Source: Hyaloraphidium curvatum SAG 235-1 (taxonomy: Eukaryota; Fungi; Monoblepharomycota). Taken from it: a stretch of 64,000 nt of DNA. Positions 31,754-42,177 of the stretch are shown piece after piece. The stretch lies in the NCBI GenBank assembly GCA_025558095.1, contig JAIVFI010000042.1:1-64000 (forward strand), read 5' to 3'. How positions within the stretch are numbered: the first letter of the stretch is position 1; every line of letters begins with the position of its first letter. The notes below the pieces were generated by a model. That model did no database searches. It saw nothing but the letters and a program-made list of their open reading frames with translations, and was not told the DNA's origin. Both the position numbers and the translations under genes were made by a program.

Positions 31754-32430
31754 CGTGGAGCGGGATCCCGTGCGGGCGCGGGCGGTGGTAGAGGTGGGGA
31801 CTTGAAAAGGAGAACTCCTCCCGAAAAGGTGGCGCGGGCTGGTTGCTTGAGGAGTGCCCTTCCGCAGCAAGCGGGCGGCAATCGGCGGCGGCCTCCCTCG
31901 CCCTCTCCGGCAATGGGGATTGTCGTGGGACCTTCGTCCAAAAAAAATGAAACGGAGATGGCTGGCGTGGAATCGCGGAATTTCAGCAGCGTGGAGGTCA
32001 GGCCGTAAGGCCAGAACGGCGCCTGGGTCGGGGCTTGGCTTTGCGCCACCCCCAGCATTGCGCACCGGTGAACTGCAAAAAGGCACTGGCACTTCATTCA
32101 CAAGCTCAGTATTCTGTCGCAAGATGTGCCCGGTTCATTTGCCTGGGATTTGGGTGGGCGGTCGACGCGTCCCCGTCGACACCCGAGCACCGCCTCCTGC
32201 GGCCGCTGACCAATATTCCCGAACTACCGAGGGCATCTGAAAGTCTTCTCTCGCACACGCTGTCAACCTCATCGTGATGGCTTAGCTGCATAGGTGTGGG
32301 CATCAGCTAGTTTCGGGAGCGCGATGCCCTGATGCTGTCCGCCAACGAACCGCCACGTCATCATCGCACGAGAGGACGGAAACCCCGCGTACCGCCGAAG
32401 ATCCGCTCCACGAGCACGTTCTCATACGAA

Positions 32431-32955
32431 ATGGCTGCCGATTCTTCCGTTCCCGTCTCCCCCACCTCTCTGACCACGCCCACCGGCGGCTCTCCCGGGC
32501 AGGCGTGCCCTCCCGTTCTCGCTACCCTCTCCGCCCTAGAAACCGAAGCCTGGCACCGCACCTCGCTCAACGACGAAACATGGCTCCGCACCGTCTACCT
32601 CTACCCCGATCCCGCCGGCCACGCCGGAGAGCCCGTCGGGGCAGCGGTTTTCCCCCGCCGCGGGATCTTGCCCTTCTCCGACGCCCTACAGGCGCTCGAG
32701 ACGCGTCCCCGGGGGCCGGACGACGCAGATAGGACGCGGCATCACGAATTTTTGGGGTGGAAGGTGGTGTGCTCGCCGGGGAAAGAGGGGGCGGTGCTCG
32801 CCTACTCGGTCGAGTGGGAATGGAAGGATGCGGGAGGAAATCCGGTGGGAGGGAAGGGGAAGGCCGACTGCTCGACCGTGTTTGTGGACAGGGGAGGGGC
32901 TGGGCCGCACCACGAGTGGAGATGCGTCCTGCACCAGAGGACGGACAGGGAGTGA
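32431..32955 (+). CDS. NTF2-like/DUF4440 protein
   Basis: LSALETEAW...AVLAYSV...ADCSTVFV...EWRCVLHQRT fits the DUF4440/SnoaL pattern. Confidence 0.6.
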   Translation: MAADSSVPVSPTSLTTPTGGSPGQACPPVLATLSALETEAWHRTSLNDETWLRTVYLYPDPAGHAGEPVGAAVFPRRGILPFSDALQALETRPRGPDDADRTRHHEFLGWKVVCSPGKEGAVLAYSVEWEWKDAGGNPVGGKGKADCSTVFVDRGGAGPHHEWRCVLHQRTDRE

Positions 32956-33154
32956 TCGTCGACTTTGCGGAACAGCGTCTCCTGGCAATCTTGTGCTAGC
33001 TAAGGCAATTTCACTTGGATTTGCGGTCGAAATAGAGATCGGTAGCAATGCTTTGATGGGCTGCGACGAATGGCTTGGGCCCGCAGCTGTGCGTGGCGGA
33101 GTGAGTCGGGCCTTAGCCATCGTCGGACATTCACGACATATAAGGCGCAGAGCA

Positions 33155-35323
33155 ATGGATCCCGGCTCCATTCCTTCCGAAGCCGACGTTCCAATTCATT
33201 CCTCTGCGTCCGTACCCGCGGCGCCCGCGATGCCTATCTCCCGGTCCAACCCCGTTACGGCGCCACCCAGCCCGCAGCGCGCGCCATCCTGCCCGGAATC
33301 CGGCCCCGATGGGCGCGATGCCGGCAGAGCACCATCTCTTGATGTCGATGCGCTCGTCACGGGGCTCGGAGCCGTGCAGGTCGCCGACGACGCTCCCGAG
33401 CCCGCGCACGACGACCGCGCCGCTCAGGAGCGCACTCCTCCGACGACCCCGCTCAAGAAATCGACATCAAGCTATAGTGTATTGACCAGATCCAAGAGCA
33501 AGCTGCTGTCCGGCACTCTGTCTTCGGTCAGCACTACTGCCTCGTCGGACATTGGCGTCATGGATTACGGCGAGAACTTGACCGAGGAGTCGTGGAAGGC
33601 CGCTGCGGCCGAAGCCACGAAGGCTGCTGCGACCGATGTCGCACGAAACGTCGACATCGAGATCAGGAGCTGGGCCAGGCGGGAGCTCGCGGTCCGCATA
33701 GGGACGCGCGCCCTTCGGATCAAGTTCGATTCAGACAGGCGCCTTGGAACGTCCGAGGGCCAGAAGGTGGAGCCGCTCGTCGAGACCGTGATCGAGAGCA
33801 ACGAGGACACGGATCATACCCTCGCTTATGCCTGGCTGGCCTGGGGTATTCTGAACGTGCTCACGGATCGCCGGCCAATCTCGCTCCTCGACAAGCTGCG
33901 CGAGCGGTGCACCTACAGGCGCCAAATCTTCGAGCTCGTCGGAGGGGAGATCGAGTCGCGAGTGGAGGTTTGGAGCTCCGAGGCGGTCCAGAGTGCCGCC
34001 GAGAAGCTGGAGCTCACGATCAAGGACCTTTGGGACACGCACAAGCCGTACGAGGAGCGCGTCCTCGGGGTTCTGACCTATTGCTACGCCCACCTGTACG
34101 AGCACTGTTTTATGTGCTGCCGTCACCTGCCGAAGCTCCACGAAGCCGACCTCGATCGCCCAGAGACAATTCTTCCGACGACGTGCGGGGCGACGCGCTG
34201 CGCCAAGAAGGCGAGCGAGGACCTGCGCAACGTCGACCTCGGCAGCTACCTGAAGCATGACCACGTGCTGAACCTGCTCTCCTTTGTGATCGAGTCGGTG
34301 CACCGGACGATGGAGCACCCTCTCGGCGACCGTCTCCTGCCATTCGTGCCCAAGCGGTTCGAGAAGTCCATCGAGGCGGATGCCGCAGCCGACAAGGCGG
34401 CCGCCAGCAGGGCTGCAGACGCAGTCGTGGGAAGCGATGCTGCGCCGCCAGCGGCCGCGACCAGCGGGTCTACTTCGGAAGGGCCATCGCCGACACCAAC
34501 GATCCCGCCCATAGGGCCCATGATCAACCCTTTGGCGGCGCTGATCAAAAGCCAGTTGGCGGGCGGTTATGGTCTCATGTCGCGGCTGCGCCCCGTTGCC
34601 AACCAAGACTCGGATTCGGAGGCTCGGTACGACCGCGATGCCCTTCGCAAGGACCTGGACCGCCTCCGCGCCCTGGATGCGGACGGGCTGCGAGCGCTCG
34701 GCAGCGATAGGGCGCCGGCAGCGGAGAAACGACCCCTGCACATGCTTGCATGGTGGATGTTGTGCATGACCGCCCCCCGCGTGCGGCCGGTGGACATTGC
34801 AAAGGTTCTGGAAGACGGACGCGCGCACAAGCTCGACTACTCGGAGCTCGAAAGGGAAGATATGGACCGGCTGGTCGTGGCGCTGGAGCTTCGCCACCCT
34901 GCCGACAAGGAGCGCGACTTTGCCGAGGCCGCGGCGAGGCACGGGAAAGTGCAGTGTGTTCACGGCTCGGACGTGGAGCGATTCTGGTCTATCCTGCTCA
35001 ACGGGTTCCGGGTCCTCTCGGACACCAAGATAATGGCAAACGCGGCGTTCTTCGGCTCGGGTCTGTACATGGGGACCAGCTTCGCGACGAGCAAGCCGTA
35101 CTCGACTCGGAAAACCAAGGCGCACCTGCCGACGGGCAAGCCTGGGCTGGGCAAGTTCTGGGCTATGGCGGTGCTCGACGTGGCGGACCACTCCACCAGC
35201 TCGATGGAAGATGCCGATGCGGCGCTGTACCGCCCGCCGGATGCCCCGGATGTGGTCGTCGCGCGGCGGACGGAGGGGGTCTTGCTGTTCCGGTACCTCC
35301 TCATCTTCAAGGGCGACGAGTAG
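33155..35323 (+). CDS. PARP6/PARP8-like mono-ADP-ribosyltransferase
   Basis: Catalytic-domain motifs HGSDVERFWSILLNG and ANAAFFGSGLYM...SKPYS; upstream Cys cluster CFMC...PTTCGATRC; no obvious catalytic Glu. Confidence 0.75.
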   Translation: MDPGSIPSEADVPIHSSASVPAAPAMPISRSNPVTAPPSPQRAPSCPESGPDGRDAGRAPSLDVDALVTGLGAVQVADDAPEPAHDDRAAQERTPPTTPLKKSTSSYSVLTRSKSKLLSGTLSSVSTTASSDIGVMDYGENLTEESWKAAAAEATKAAATDVARNVDIEIRSWARRELAVRIGTRALRIKFDSDRRLGTSEGQKVEPLVETVIESNEDTDHTLAYAWLAWGILNVLTDRRPISLLDKLRERCTYRRQIFELVGGEIESRVEVWSSEAVQSAAEKLELTIKDLWDTHKPYEERVLGVLTYCYAHLYEHCFMCCRHLPKLHEADLDRPETILPTTCGATRCAKKASEDLRNVDLGSYLKHDHVLNLLSFVIESVHRTMEHPLGDRLLPFVPKRFEKSIEADAAADKAAASRAADAVVGSDAAPPAAATSGSTSEGPSPTPTIPPIGPMINPLAALIKSQLAGGYGLMSRLRPVANQDSDSEARYDRDALRKDLDRLRALDADGLRALGSDRAPAAEKRPLHMLAWWMLCMTAPRVRPVDIAKVLEDGRAHKLDYSELEREDMDRLVVALELRHPADKERDFAEAAARHGKVQCVHGSDVERFWSILLNGFRVLSDTKIMANAAFFGSGLYMGTSFATSKPYSTRKTKAHLPTGKPGLGKFWAMAVLDVADHSTSSMEDADAALYRPPDAPDVVVARRTEGVLLFRYLLIFKGDE

Positions 35324-35531
35324 CTTCGGAAGCTTAGCGTTTCAAACGTACTACGAATCTCTGTGGTAGATCAATATCCGTCCAGAGCGCTTTGCCTAGA
35401 GTCCCTTTTCCGTGCTAGCCCCTCGACAGGTTCGACGGAGTTTCCTGGCGGCGGCCGCTCCCTCGCCACCATCCTCCACCCAACCTCCACCAACCCCACC
35501 TTCACCTGCGTCCCCCCCAAACGCGTCGAAA

Positions 35532-36651
35532 ATGACATACGACGTCCGCGACAAGATCGTCCTCGTCACCGGCTCCGTAGGTCTCCCTCCATTCCCCCTC
35601 CTCCGCGCTCTGACGCCGTGTCTCCCACCACCTCTTTCCCCGACAGGCCCAGGGCATCGGCAAAGCCACCGCCCTCCTCTTCGCCTCCCGCGGCTCCCGC
35701 GTGGTCATGGTAGACCGCAACGCCCCGCTGCTCGCTTCCGCGGCCGCCGACGTCGCGCGGGCGAACCCGGGCGCACGGGTCGCCTCCTACGCGTACGATT
35801 TGGCCGACCTCGCAAACGTCAAGGCGATGATCGACCGCACCATCTCCGAGCAAGGCGGGCTGGACGTCTTGCTGAACGTGGCTGCGATCACCATCGGCGA
35901 CGCCGAGTACGTCGTGGAGCTCGACAACGCCGGCGCCGCGTTCCAGAAGTGGAAGCTGATGCACGACGTCAACACCACCTCCCTTGCCTATGCCTGCCAG
36001 CTGGCGGTGGGCTACTGGAAGGCCAAGGGACGGAAGGGCGCCATCGTGAACGTGGGCAGCACGGCGGGGATATACCCCAACACGAGCATGCCCATCTACT
36101 CGGCCGACAAGGCGTTCGTGATCCATTTCTCGAGGTGCATGGCGAACTTGGCGCCGCAAATCAGGGTGAACGCGGGTGGGTTCCCGTCCGCGGTCCGGTT
36201 GGCTTCTGGGCGGGCGTTCGTCGCTGACCGACCTTCCCGCGGGCCAGTCTGCCCGGGACCCACGATGACGGAGGGTTTCGCGTTGCAGATGGACATGCCG
36301 GAGGCCGGGATCGGGAAGCAGCTCAGGGCGGACACACTAGACGGGAACCGTGGGTCTCATCTACGGTGCCCATCCGGCGCGCGGGGCTGACTGATCTCGG
36401 CCCTGTTTCGCCGGCGCAGGATCCCAGCCGCCGAGCCGGTTGGCCGAGGGGATCATGGTCGCCGTCGAGAACGAGAACATCTTCGGTCTGTCGCCCCCAT
36501 CGCCGTCTTGCAGTGGAAACTGATGCGGTCACCTCCCCCGGCGCCAGGACAGTGTCTCCGGGTGACCCCGCAGCGCGGCATCGACATCTACAACTACCGC
36601 GCGGGCAAGGCGATGGCCATCGACGCGCTGACGTCCAGCGCCAAGATCTAG
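35532..36651 (+). CDS. SDR (15-hydroxyprostaglandin-dehydrogenase-like); 4 introns; PTS1-like AKI end
   Basis: VTGS|AQGIG, IVNVGSTAG, YSADK, IRVNA|VCPG. Confidence 0.85.
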
Positions 36652-36680
36652 ACGTAGTCGGCATGTTGCGTCCCCTGGAG

Positions 36681-37385
36681 CTAGTACACGGAAGCGCCGC
36701 CGGACGGTTTGGAGCCCCTGGCGGCCCACAGGGCGGCGAGTTTGTCGCAACGGCCCTTGAAGCGAGCGCGCATGTCGTCCCAGGTCTTGCTGCCCCGGGG
36801 AGTGGCGTCAGGGTAGCGCGCGGCGACGCCGTCCAGGGTGGCCAGGGTTGCCGCCTCGCACTGCAACCGAACTCAAGTCAGCGTCCGATTCCACCCCGAG
36901 TCCAGGTCGACGCAACCTACTTCCTTGCACCGCTCGAGCGAGAACCCGCCCTCGGCCGCCTTGAGCAGCGGGCCCGGACCGCAGCTTCCCCCATCGGCGT
37001 CCTTGGCGCAGAGCATCGCTCGCGTGAGCTCGGCCCCCGCCGCCGCATCGGCCACCGTCACCCGAGGGGCCGTGTTGCTACGGGAGGGGAGTTCCTCGTC
37101 CCCGCAGGCCGCGACAACTTTGTCCCAGTACTTCTCGACCGCGGAGGCGCAGGAGTCTCGGCACGCACCCGCCCGCACGCCTTCGAGATATATGCGCTTC
37201 GAAAGGGCAGGGGCAGGCACTTTAGCCGGGGGTGCGCACGCGGCTGCGACCGCTTCGGTAGCGTCTGCAGCGGGCGCGCAGGAATCCGGGAGGCCCGGCG
37301 GCGGCGCGAGCGTGAACGGCACGCGGGCGGCGAGCGCGGCGGGCGCCAGAAGAAGGAGAACGAGCAGAATGGGTGGCCGCGCCAT
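36681..37385 (-). CDS. Secreted cysteine-rich protein; 1 intron
   Basis: Signal peptide MARPPILLVLLLLAPAALA and about ten Cys. A GTAGGT...GCAG intron joins ERCKE|CEAATL. Confidence 0.7.
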
Positions 37386-37486
37386 CGCTGCAGAGAGAGG
37401 AAGTGGGAGGCGAGTCAGAAGAGAGGACCCCGACTCGAAGGGCAATGGGCGACGCGTAAACAACAATCACTTGCTAGCCGCGCCCC

Positions 37487-38971
37487 ATGGCCCCGGCAGA
37501 GGACTCAGGAGCCGAAAAAGTGGCTAATTACATCGACCAGCTGCTGCGGGATGTGCTGGCTGCGCCGCTGGAGCGGTCGAACCTCGCCCGGCTCTCGGTT
37601 GCCCTCGGCCTCGCCGAGACCGCGCTCACCGGGAAGGACCCGAGCTGGCCCGCCGACGTCACCCAAAATGCCGGCCAACTCACCGATTCTTTCAATGCAT
37701 TCGTCGATGGCCTGGCCCCGGCCGTCACCGGCCTCGCCGGCGCCCGGGATCGCGTCCGCCACGTCGCCGACGCCCTGTGGTCGCGCCTGTCCCCCTCCCC
37801 CGGCGAAGCCCTCCACGCGCAGCACCTCTCCTCCCTCTGCACCACGCTCCTCACCGGCCCCAAGGCCAAGGCGCGCCTCGACTGCGCCGGCATCGGCACC
37901 GCCGCCTTCCTTGCCTGCCGCCGCCTCGCGGCCGAGCACGGCCTTCCGGAACTGGCCCAGGTCTCGCTCTGCGTGACGGAAGACCACTGCTTCCTCTCGC
38001 TGGACGGCACCGCCGCCCGCGAATCCTCGTGCGAGGTCGCCACGGACTCGAAACCCAAGCGCGGCCTGGCCGTCGCCGAGGACGCGTGGGCGGGATGGCT
38101 CTACCAGGGCGGCAGGGCACGCGTATGCACCCCCGCCGAGGCCGCCTGCGCGGCGGTGGTGAGCACCAACCCCTCCCTGGGCAAAAACAAGGGCGTCTCG
38201 TGGGAGCTCCGCCGCCTGCAGATCCGCCTGCTCCGCACCGTCCGCGAACACGCGCCCGACGCGCTGTACCCCGGTGCCGCCGCTGTGCTCGCCTCTCTGG
38301 AAGCCGACAACGCCAACTGGCGCCTTGGTCGTGCCCTCGACGAGGGCGACCCCGCCGCCATCTCCGCCGCCGCCGACCCCGGCCCGGACTCCCCCTTCGC
38401 CCGCCTCCTCACCCTCTCCGAATACCCCGCGCTGTGCTACCCGCTCGTCTTTGCCGCCAAGCAGTTCGCCTGGCGCGCCGAGCTCCTCCTCGACGCCCCC
38501 TCCCTTCCCCACCTTTCGACGGAAGCCCTAGACTCTTGCCTCGCCGCCGCACGGCACCTCGCAGTACGGCTGGCCTCTTACCCCATGCAGCCGTACATGG
38601 ACGCACTTCTGCTCCGCGCGGCCGCGTCGGCGTGCGAGGAGGTGGGCTGGGCGGCGGAGGAGCTGGCGCGAAGGGAGCCGACGCGGGACAGGGCGGCGGC
38701 TCTCCTGGAACTACTCGACGGGGCGTGCGGGTATGCCGGGTCGAGGGTGCCGCCGGTGGAGTGGACCGCACCGCTGCTGCGCGCGTTTCTGCTCTTTCCC
38801 GCGGAGATCAGGGAGGAGGCGGCAAAGGGGGACGAGTGGAAGACCTCGTCCGCCCGGACGGCGGCGGGGTTGCTTGCCAAGGGGGAGGGAAAGAGGGCGA
38901 GGGAGGTGCTGGAGGCGGGTGGGGAGGCCGGGGACGGGGAGGGGAGGGGGAAGAGGGCGAGGAGGGGGTGA
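37487..38971 (+). CDS. MEN1: Menin homologue
   Basis: Colinear matches to menin blocks as I recall them: NLARLSVALGLAETAL (DLVLLSLVLGFVEHFL), VRHVADALWSRLS (VKKVSDVIWNSLS), LDCAG (LDSSG), SLCVTEDHCF (HLALSEDHAW), WLYQGG (WLYLKG), VSTNPSL (CAINPSI), LYPGA (RYPMA), LLDGAC (FYDGIC). Basic NLS-like end. Confidence 0.85.
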   Translation: MAPAEDSGAEKVANYIDQLLRDVLAAPLERSNLARLSVALGLAETALTGKDPSWPADVTQNAGQLTDSFNAFVDGLAPAVTGLAGARDRVRHVADALWSRLSPSPGEALHAQHLSSLCTTLLTGPKAKARLDCAGIGTAAFLACRRLAAEHGLPELAQVSLCVTEDHCFLSLDGTAARESSCEVATDSKPKRGLAVAEDAWAGWLYQGGRARVCTPAEAACAAVVSTNPSLGKNKGVSWELRRLQIRLLRTVREHAPDALYPGAAAVLASLEADNANWRLGRALDEGDPAAISAAADPGPDSPFARLLTLSEYPALCYPLVFAAKQFAWRAELLLDAPSLPHLSTEALDSCLAAARHLAVRLASYPMQPYMDALLLRAAASACEEVGWAAEELARREPTRDRAAALLELLDGACGYAGSRVPPVEWTAPLLRAFLLFPAEIREEAAKGDEWKTSSARTAAGLLAKGEGKRAREVLEAGGEAGDGEGRGKRARRG

Positions 38972-39035
38972 TGGGGCGTTGACGGTGGGCAAGTGCAATA
39001 CGGTTCGGGAACGTGACCTCGACTTCGAGCGATCG

Positions 39036-40210
39036 CTACTCCGGGCCCAACCGCTCGAGCTCTGCCTCGGCCTCGGCCAGCTCCCGCGCCAACGCCACCG
39101 CTCTTGCTTGCGCCGCGGCCCTCTGCTCCGCCACCGATTGCCCTCCGCCCTGTGCACTCGCTCCCGGCGGCCCCGGTGCCGCGCCGCCCGCCCCGGCGGA
39201 GAAGACCTCGATCACGCGCGAGACGGAGTCCCAGTTGCTCACAACCGCGCGCCTCCTTTCCCCCTCCACCTCGACTTCGATCTCGCCGCGCACCTCCGCC
39301 GCCGGTTCGTACCCCGCCATCCCCGACGATTCGTGCATCATACCCCCGCGAAGCCGAAGCACGAGGTGCAGCACGCTCCCATCCGTGACGCCGTAATCGC
39401 AGACCCGGATGCCGTCCTCGAACTGCATCCCTGCGAAGACGAGCCTCTGCTGGTCCGGTGGGATGCCCTCGGCGTCCTGGATGCGGATCTGCACCGGGGC
39501 ATGGCCGGGTCAGCGGTCGGTTGTTCCGCAGCGGGCCGTTCCGGGCAGCGGACCTTGAGCGTGTACACGAGGTCGTCCTCCCGGATCGCGATCGGGATCG
39601 TCTTGCCCGTCAGTGTCTTGATTTCGACTCCGATCCGCTTGCCCGTGCCCTCCCTCACCTCCCCCGGGGGGATGTCGGGCGTGTGTATGGTCATCCGCAG
39701 CGGATGTTCGCCGCCGCGCTGCAGGGCTTTGGCGACCTGCAGGGTGCGCTTGTCGAGCTCGGCCGGGCGCCGAGCCTCGAACTGGTTGCAGTAGATGGCC
39801 ACGAGGTGCTTTGTCCCCCCCGGCGTGGAAACAACCTGCCCGGCTTCTCAGCCCGCGTCGCACGCGACAACGCCCGGGGGACCAACCTTGAAGTAATCGT
39901 TGTCGCAGAGACAGTTCACCACCATTCTTCCCAAATCTCCCCGGGGGTACTCGCAGTAGTCCCGGAGAGGCTTCTGCGGGTGGAGCACCATGAAATCGCA
40001 CTCGAGGAACGAGTTGCTACCGTCGATGTAGCCGTCAAAGTCGGGGTTTGCTTCCATCCAGGCCACGACTGCCCTGGTCCGGAGGTCGTCGAGCGAAACG
40101 GCCCTGTCGACCTCGATGTGCGTTTCCAAGCCTTTCTCGCGCTGCGGGCCCGAGTTGCGCGCTCCTGCGTGGCCGAGCACCTCCGCAGCGCGTACGAGGA
40201 TAGCGACCAT
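39036..40210 (-). CDS. Protein with an internal ubiquitin domain; 2 introns
   Basis: [11 protein letters not shown]...LK|[20 protein letters not shown]...[10 protein letters not shown], followed by MMHESSG and a helical tail. Confidence 0.8.
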
Positions 40211-40513
40211 GATCCTGGAGCCCCGAAGGCGCGTGCGGAAGGAGAGGCAACGAAGTTCGTCAGGCACGAAAGTCAGTCAGTCAGTCAAACGGGTCCCTGA
40301 CACCCAGCCACCACGGATCTCAATCGCCGTTCCCGCGAATCGGACGGGGTTCCGTTCTTCTGCGGGCTGACAGGGCCTTCCGCACTCCGTGGTCTTACTG
40401 CATCGGGCGCCGCTGTGGCCTTGCGAAGCGCGGCGACCACCTGCTTCGACACCCCTCGGACTCGAACTCTCTCGGAGACGCCACCGGCCCCATCTTCCCT
40501 TTCCGGAATTGCG

Positions 40514-41728
40514 ATGGTCTTCGAGAGCGCCCAGCGGTGCTTCGAAAAGGGCCGCATGCGCGAGACGGGCGTCGGGAAGGACTACGACCCCGCGAGGGCC
40601 TTCCGCTGGTACCAGAAGGCGGCGGCCAAGGGCAGCGCGGACGGGCTGAACGCGCTCGGTCGCTGCCTGCTGATTGGCTTCGGGTGCGCTCAGGACGAGG
40701 AGGGCGCGGTCAAGGCATTCTTGCAGGCGGCGCTGTCGGGGCTGCCGGAGGCACTGCACCACCTCGGGGTCTGCCTCATGCACGGCATTGGCCTCGAGCC
40801 GGACGCCGAGAACGCGTTCGAGTGCTTCAAGCTCGCTGGCAGGGGCACCCCGGGAAAGCCTGGCATCGTCGAGGCGGCGGTCGAGGCAGGCCGGTGCCTC
40901 CACGAGGGCATCGGCGTGTCGCGCGACGATGCAGCCGCGCGCACGTGGTTCGAGGCAGCCGCGGCCGAGGGCAACGAAGAAGCCCGCCGCGAGCTCGAGC
41001 GGATGGGGGACGTGGGACGCTTTGGCGGCCTCAACTCCAGGGTCCTCGACGGCGATGCGGTCGCCGTGCTCAACGAGCTGTTGCGGCGCCTGCGTGCCGG
41101 CGGGGATTCCTTGTCCGAAAACCCGGCCTCGCTGGGGGGGGCCAGCGGGCAGGCCTTGGGTCAACACACCCCGCCCGTTGTGGTGCACCCCGTGAGCGTC
41201 ATCGGCTGCAGCGCTGAGGTCGTCGACGACTGGACGGGCCAGGAAGACGAGGGCGAACTCTCTCTGGCGGCGGGCGAAATGATCGAGATCGTGAATGATT
41301 TCGGTGATCCACAGGGCACCGGGATGTGGTACGGCAAGGATCCAGATGGCGGCGAAGGCACGTTCCCGGCTTCGCACGTCAGGGTGGTACACGACACCCC
41401 GCCGGCCCCACAGCGCACCCCACCGCCGCCCCCGGGGCCCATCCACCGCGCCGAATCCCTGGGGGCGTATTCCCTCTCCCGCCCGGGCTCGGCTATGTCC
41501 GACAGCTCGGCTTCTTCGGCCGGGTCCCGCGGGCCGGCGCAAGAGAGGCCCAAGTGCGTCATCTGCCTGGCGGAGGACTCGGAGCCCAACCCCGTGGCGG
41601 TCGCCATGGTGCCTTGCGGCCACCAAATCCTGTGTGAGGAATGCCACAGGGACGGCGCACTTCGGGCTGGGATGACGTGCCCTACGTGCAGGCGCAATAT
41701 CGCGTCGATGATCAGGGTTTATGTGTGA
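40514..41728 (+). CDS. Sel1-repeat + SH3 + C-terminal C3HC4 RING protein (putative E3 ligase)
   Basis: SLR repeats (AFRWYQKAAAKG, ALHHLGVCLMHGIG, ARTWFEAAAAEG); SH3 (ELSLAAGEMI...WYG...EGTFPASHV); RING CVIC...PCGHQILCEEC...CPTCR. Confidence 0.85.
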   Translation: MVFESAQRCFEKGRMRETGVGKDYDPARAFRWYQKAAAKGSADGLNALGRCLLIGFGCAQDEEGAVKAFLQAALSGLPEALHHLGVCLMHGIGLEPDAENAFECFKLAGRGTPGKPGIVEAAVEAGRCLHEGIGVSRDDAAARTWFEAAAAEGNEEARRELERMGDVGRFGGLNSRVLDGDAVAVLNELLRRLRAGGDSLSENPASLGGASGQALGQHTPPVVVHPVSVIGCSAEVVDDWTGQEDEGELSLAAGEMIEIVNDFGDPQGTGMWYGKDPDGGEGTFPASHVRVVHDTPPAPQRTPPPPPGPIHRAESLGAYSLSRPGSAMSDSSASSAGSRGPAQERPKCVICLAEDSEPNPVAVAMVPCGHQILCEECHRDGALRAGMTCPTCRRNIASMIRVYV

Positions 41729-41786
41729 CAAAGTTGGGTATTGCCAGACATGACAAAGGGCAGCTATGCAGATTCCAGATGGATCC
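41717..41786 (+). repeat. 70-bp direct repeat, copy A (RING gene last codons plus 3' UTR)
   Basis: GTTTATGTGTGACAAAGTTGGGTATTGCCAGACATGAC...ATGGATCC; about 60/70 identical to 43800-43869 by manual alignment. Confidence 0.85.
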
Positions 41787-42177
41787 CAGCTGGTCCAACG
41801 GCGGGCTACGTTGTGGCCAGTGGAGCTGGAACGCGCAGCACGCCAGCTAGACTCCTCCCGTACCGCGAAGGCGTCGTGTCGATCCACCCTACACAAGGAA
41901 CGGCGGTCAGCCGGCCTCGCCGCCGCCGCTGGAGGCCATCAGAAGGCGGGGCGTCGTCCGTGCTCGTACCGTGCCGCAGTCGTCGGCGCCACCGCGCGCC
42001 AGCCTTGACACCGCGCCGCAGAACGAAGCTCAACTGAGAAGGCGGATTCCCCGCAGGAGGACCGAAGCCGTCAGTATGCCCGCCGAAAGGGCCGTTGCCG
42101 ACGGGATTCATGATGCAAGGAAGGCCCCAAATACCGCCGGCCCTCACAACAGACCAAGAACCGCGAGAACCCACAGC

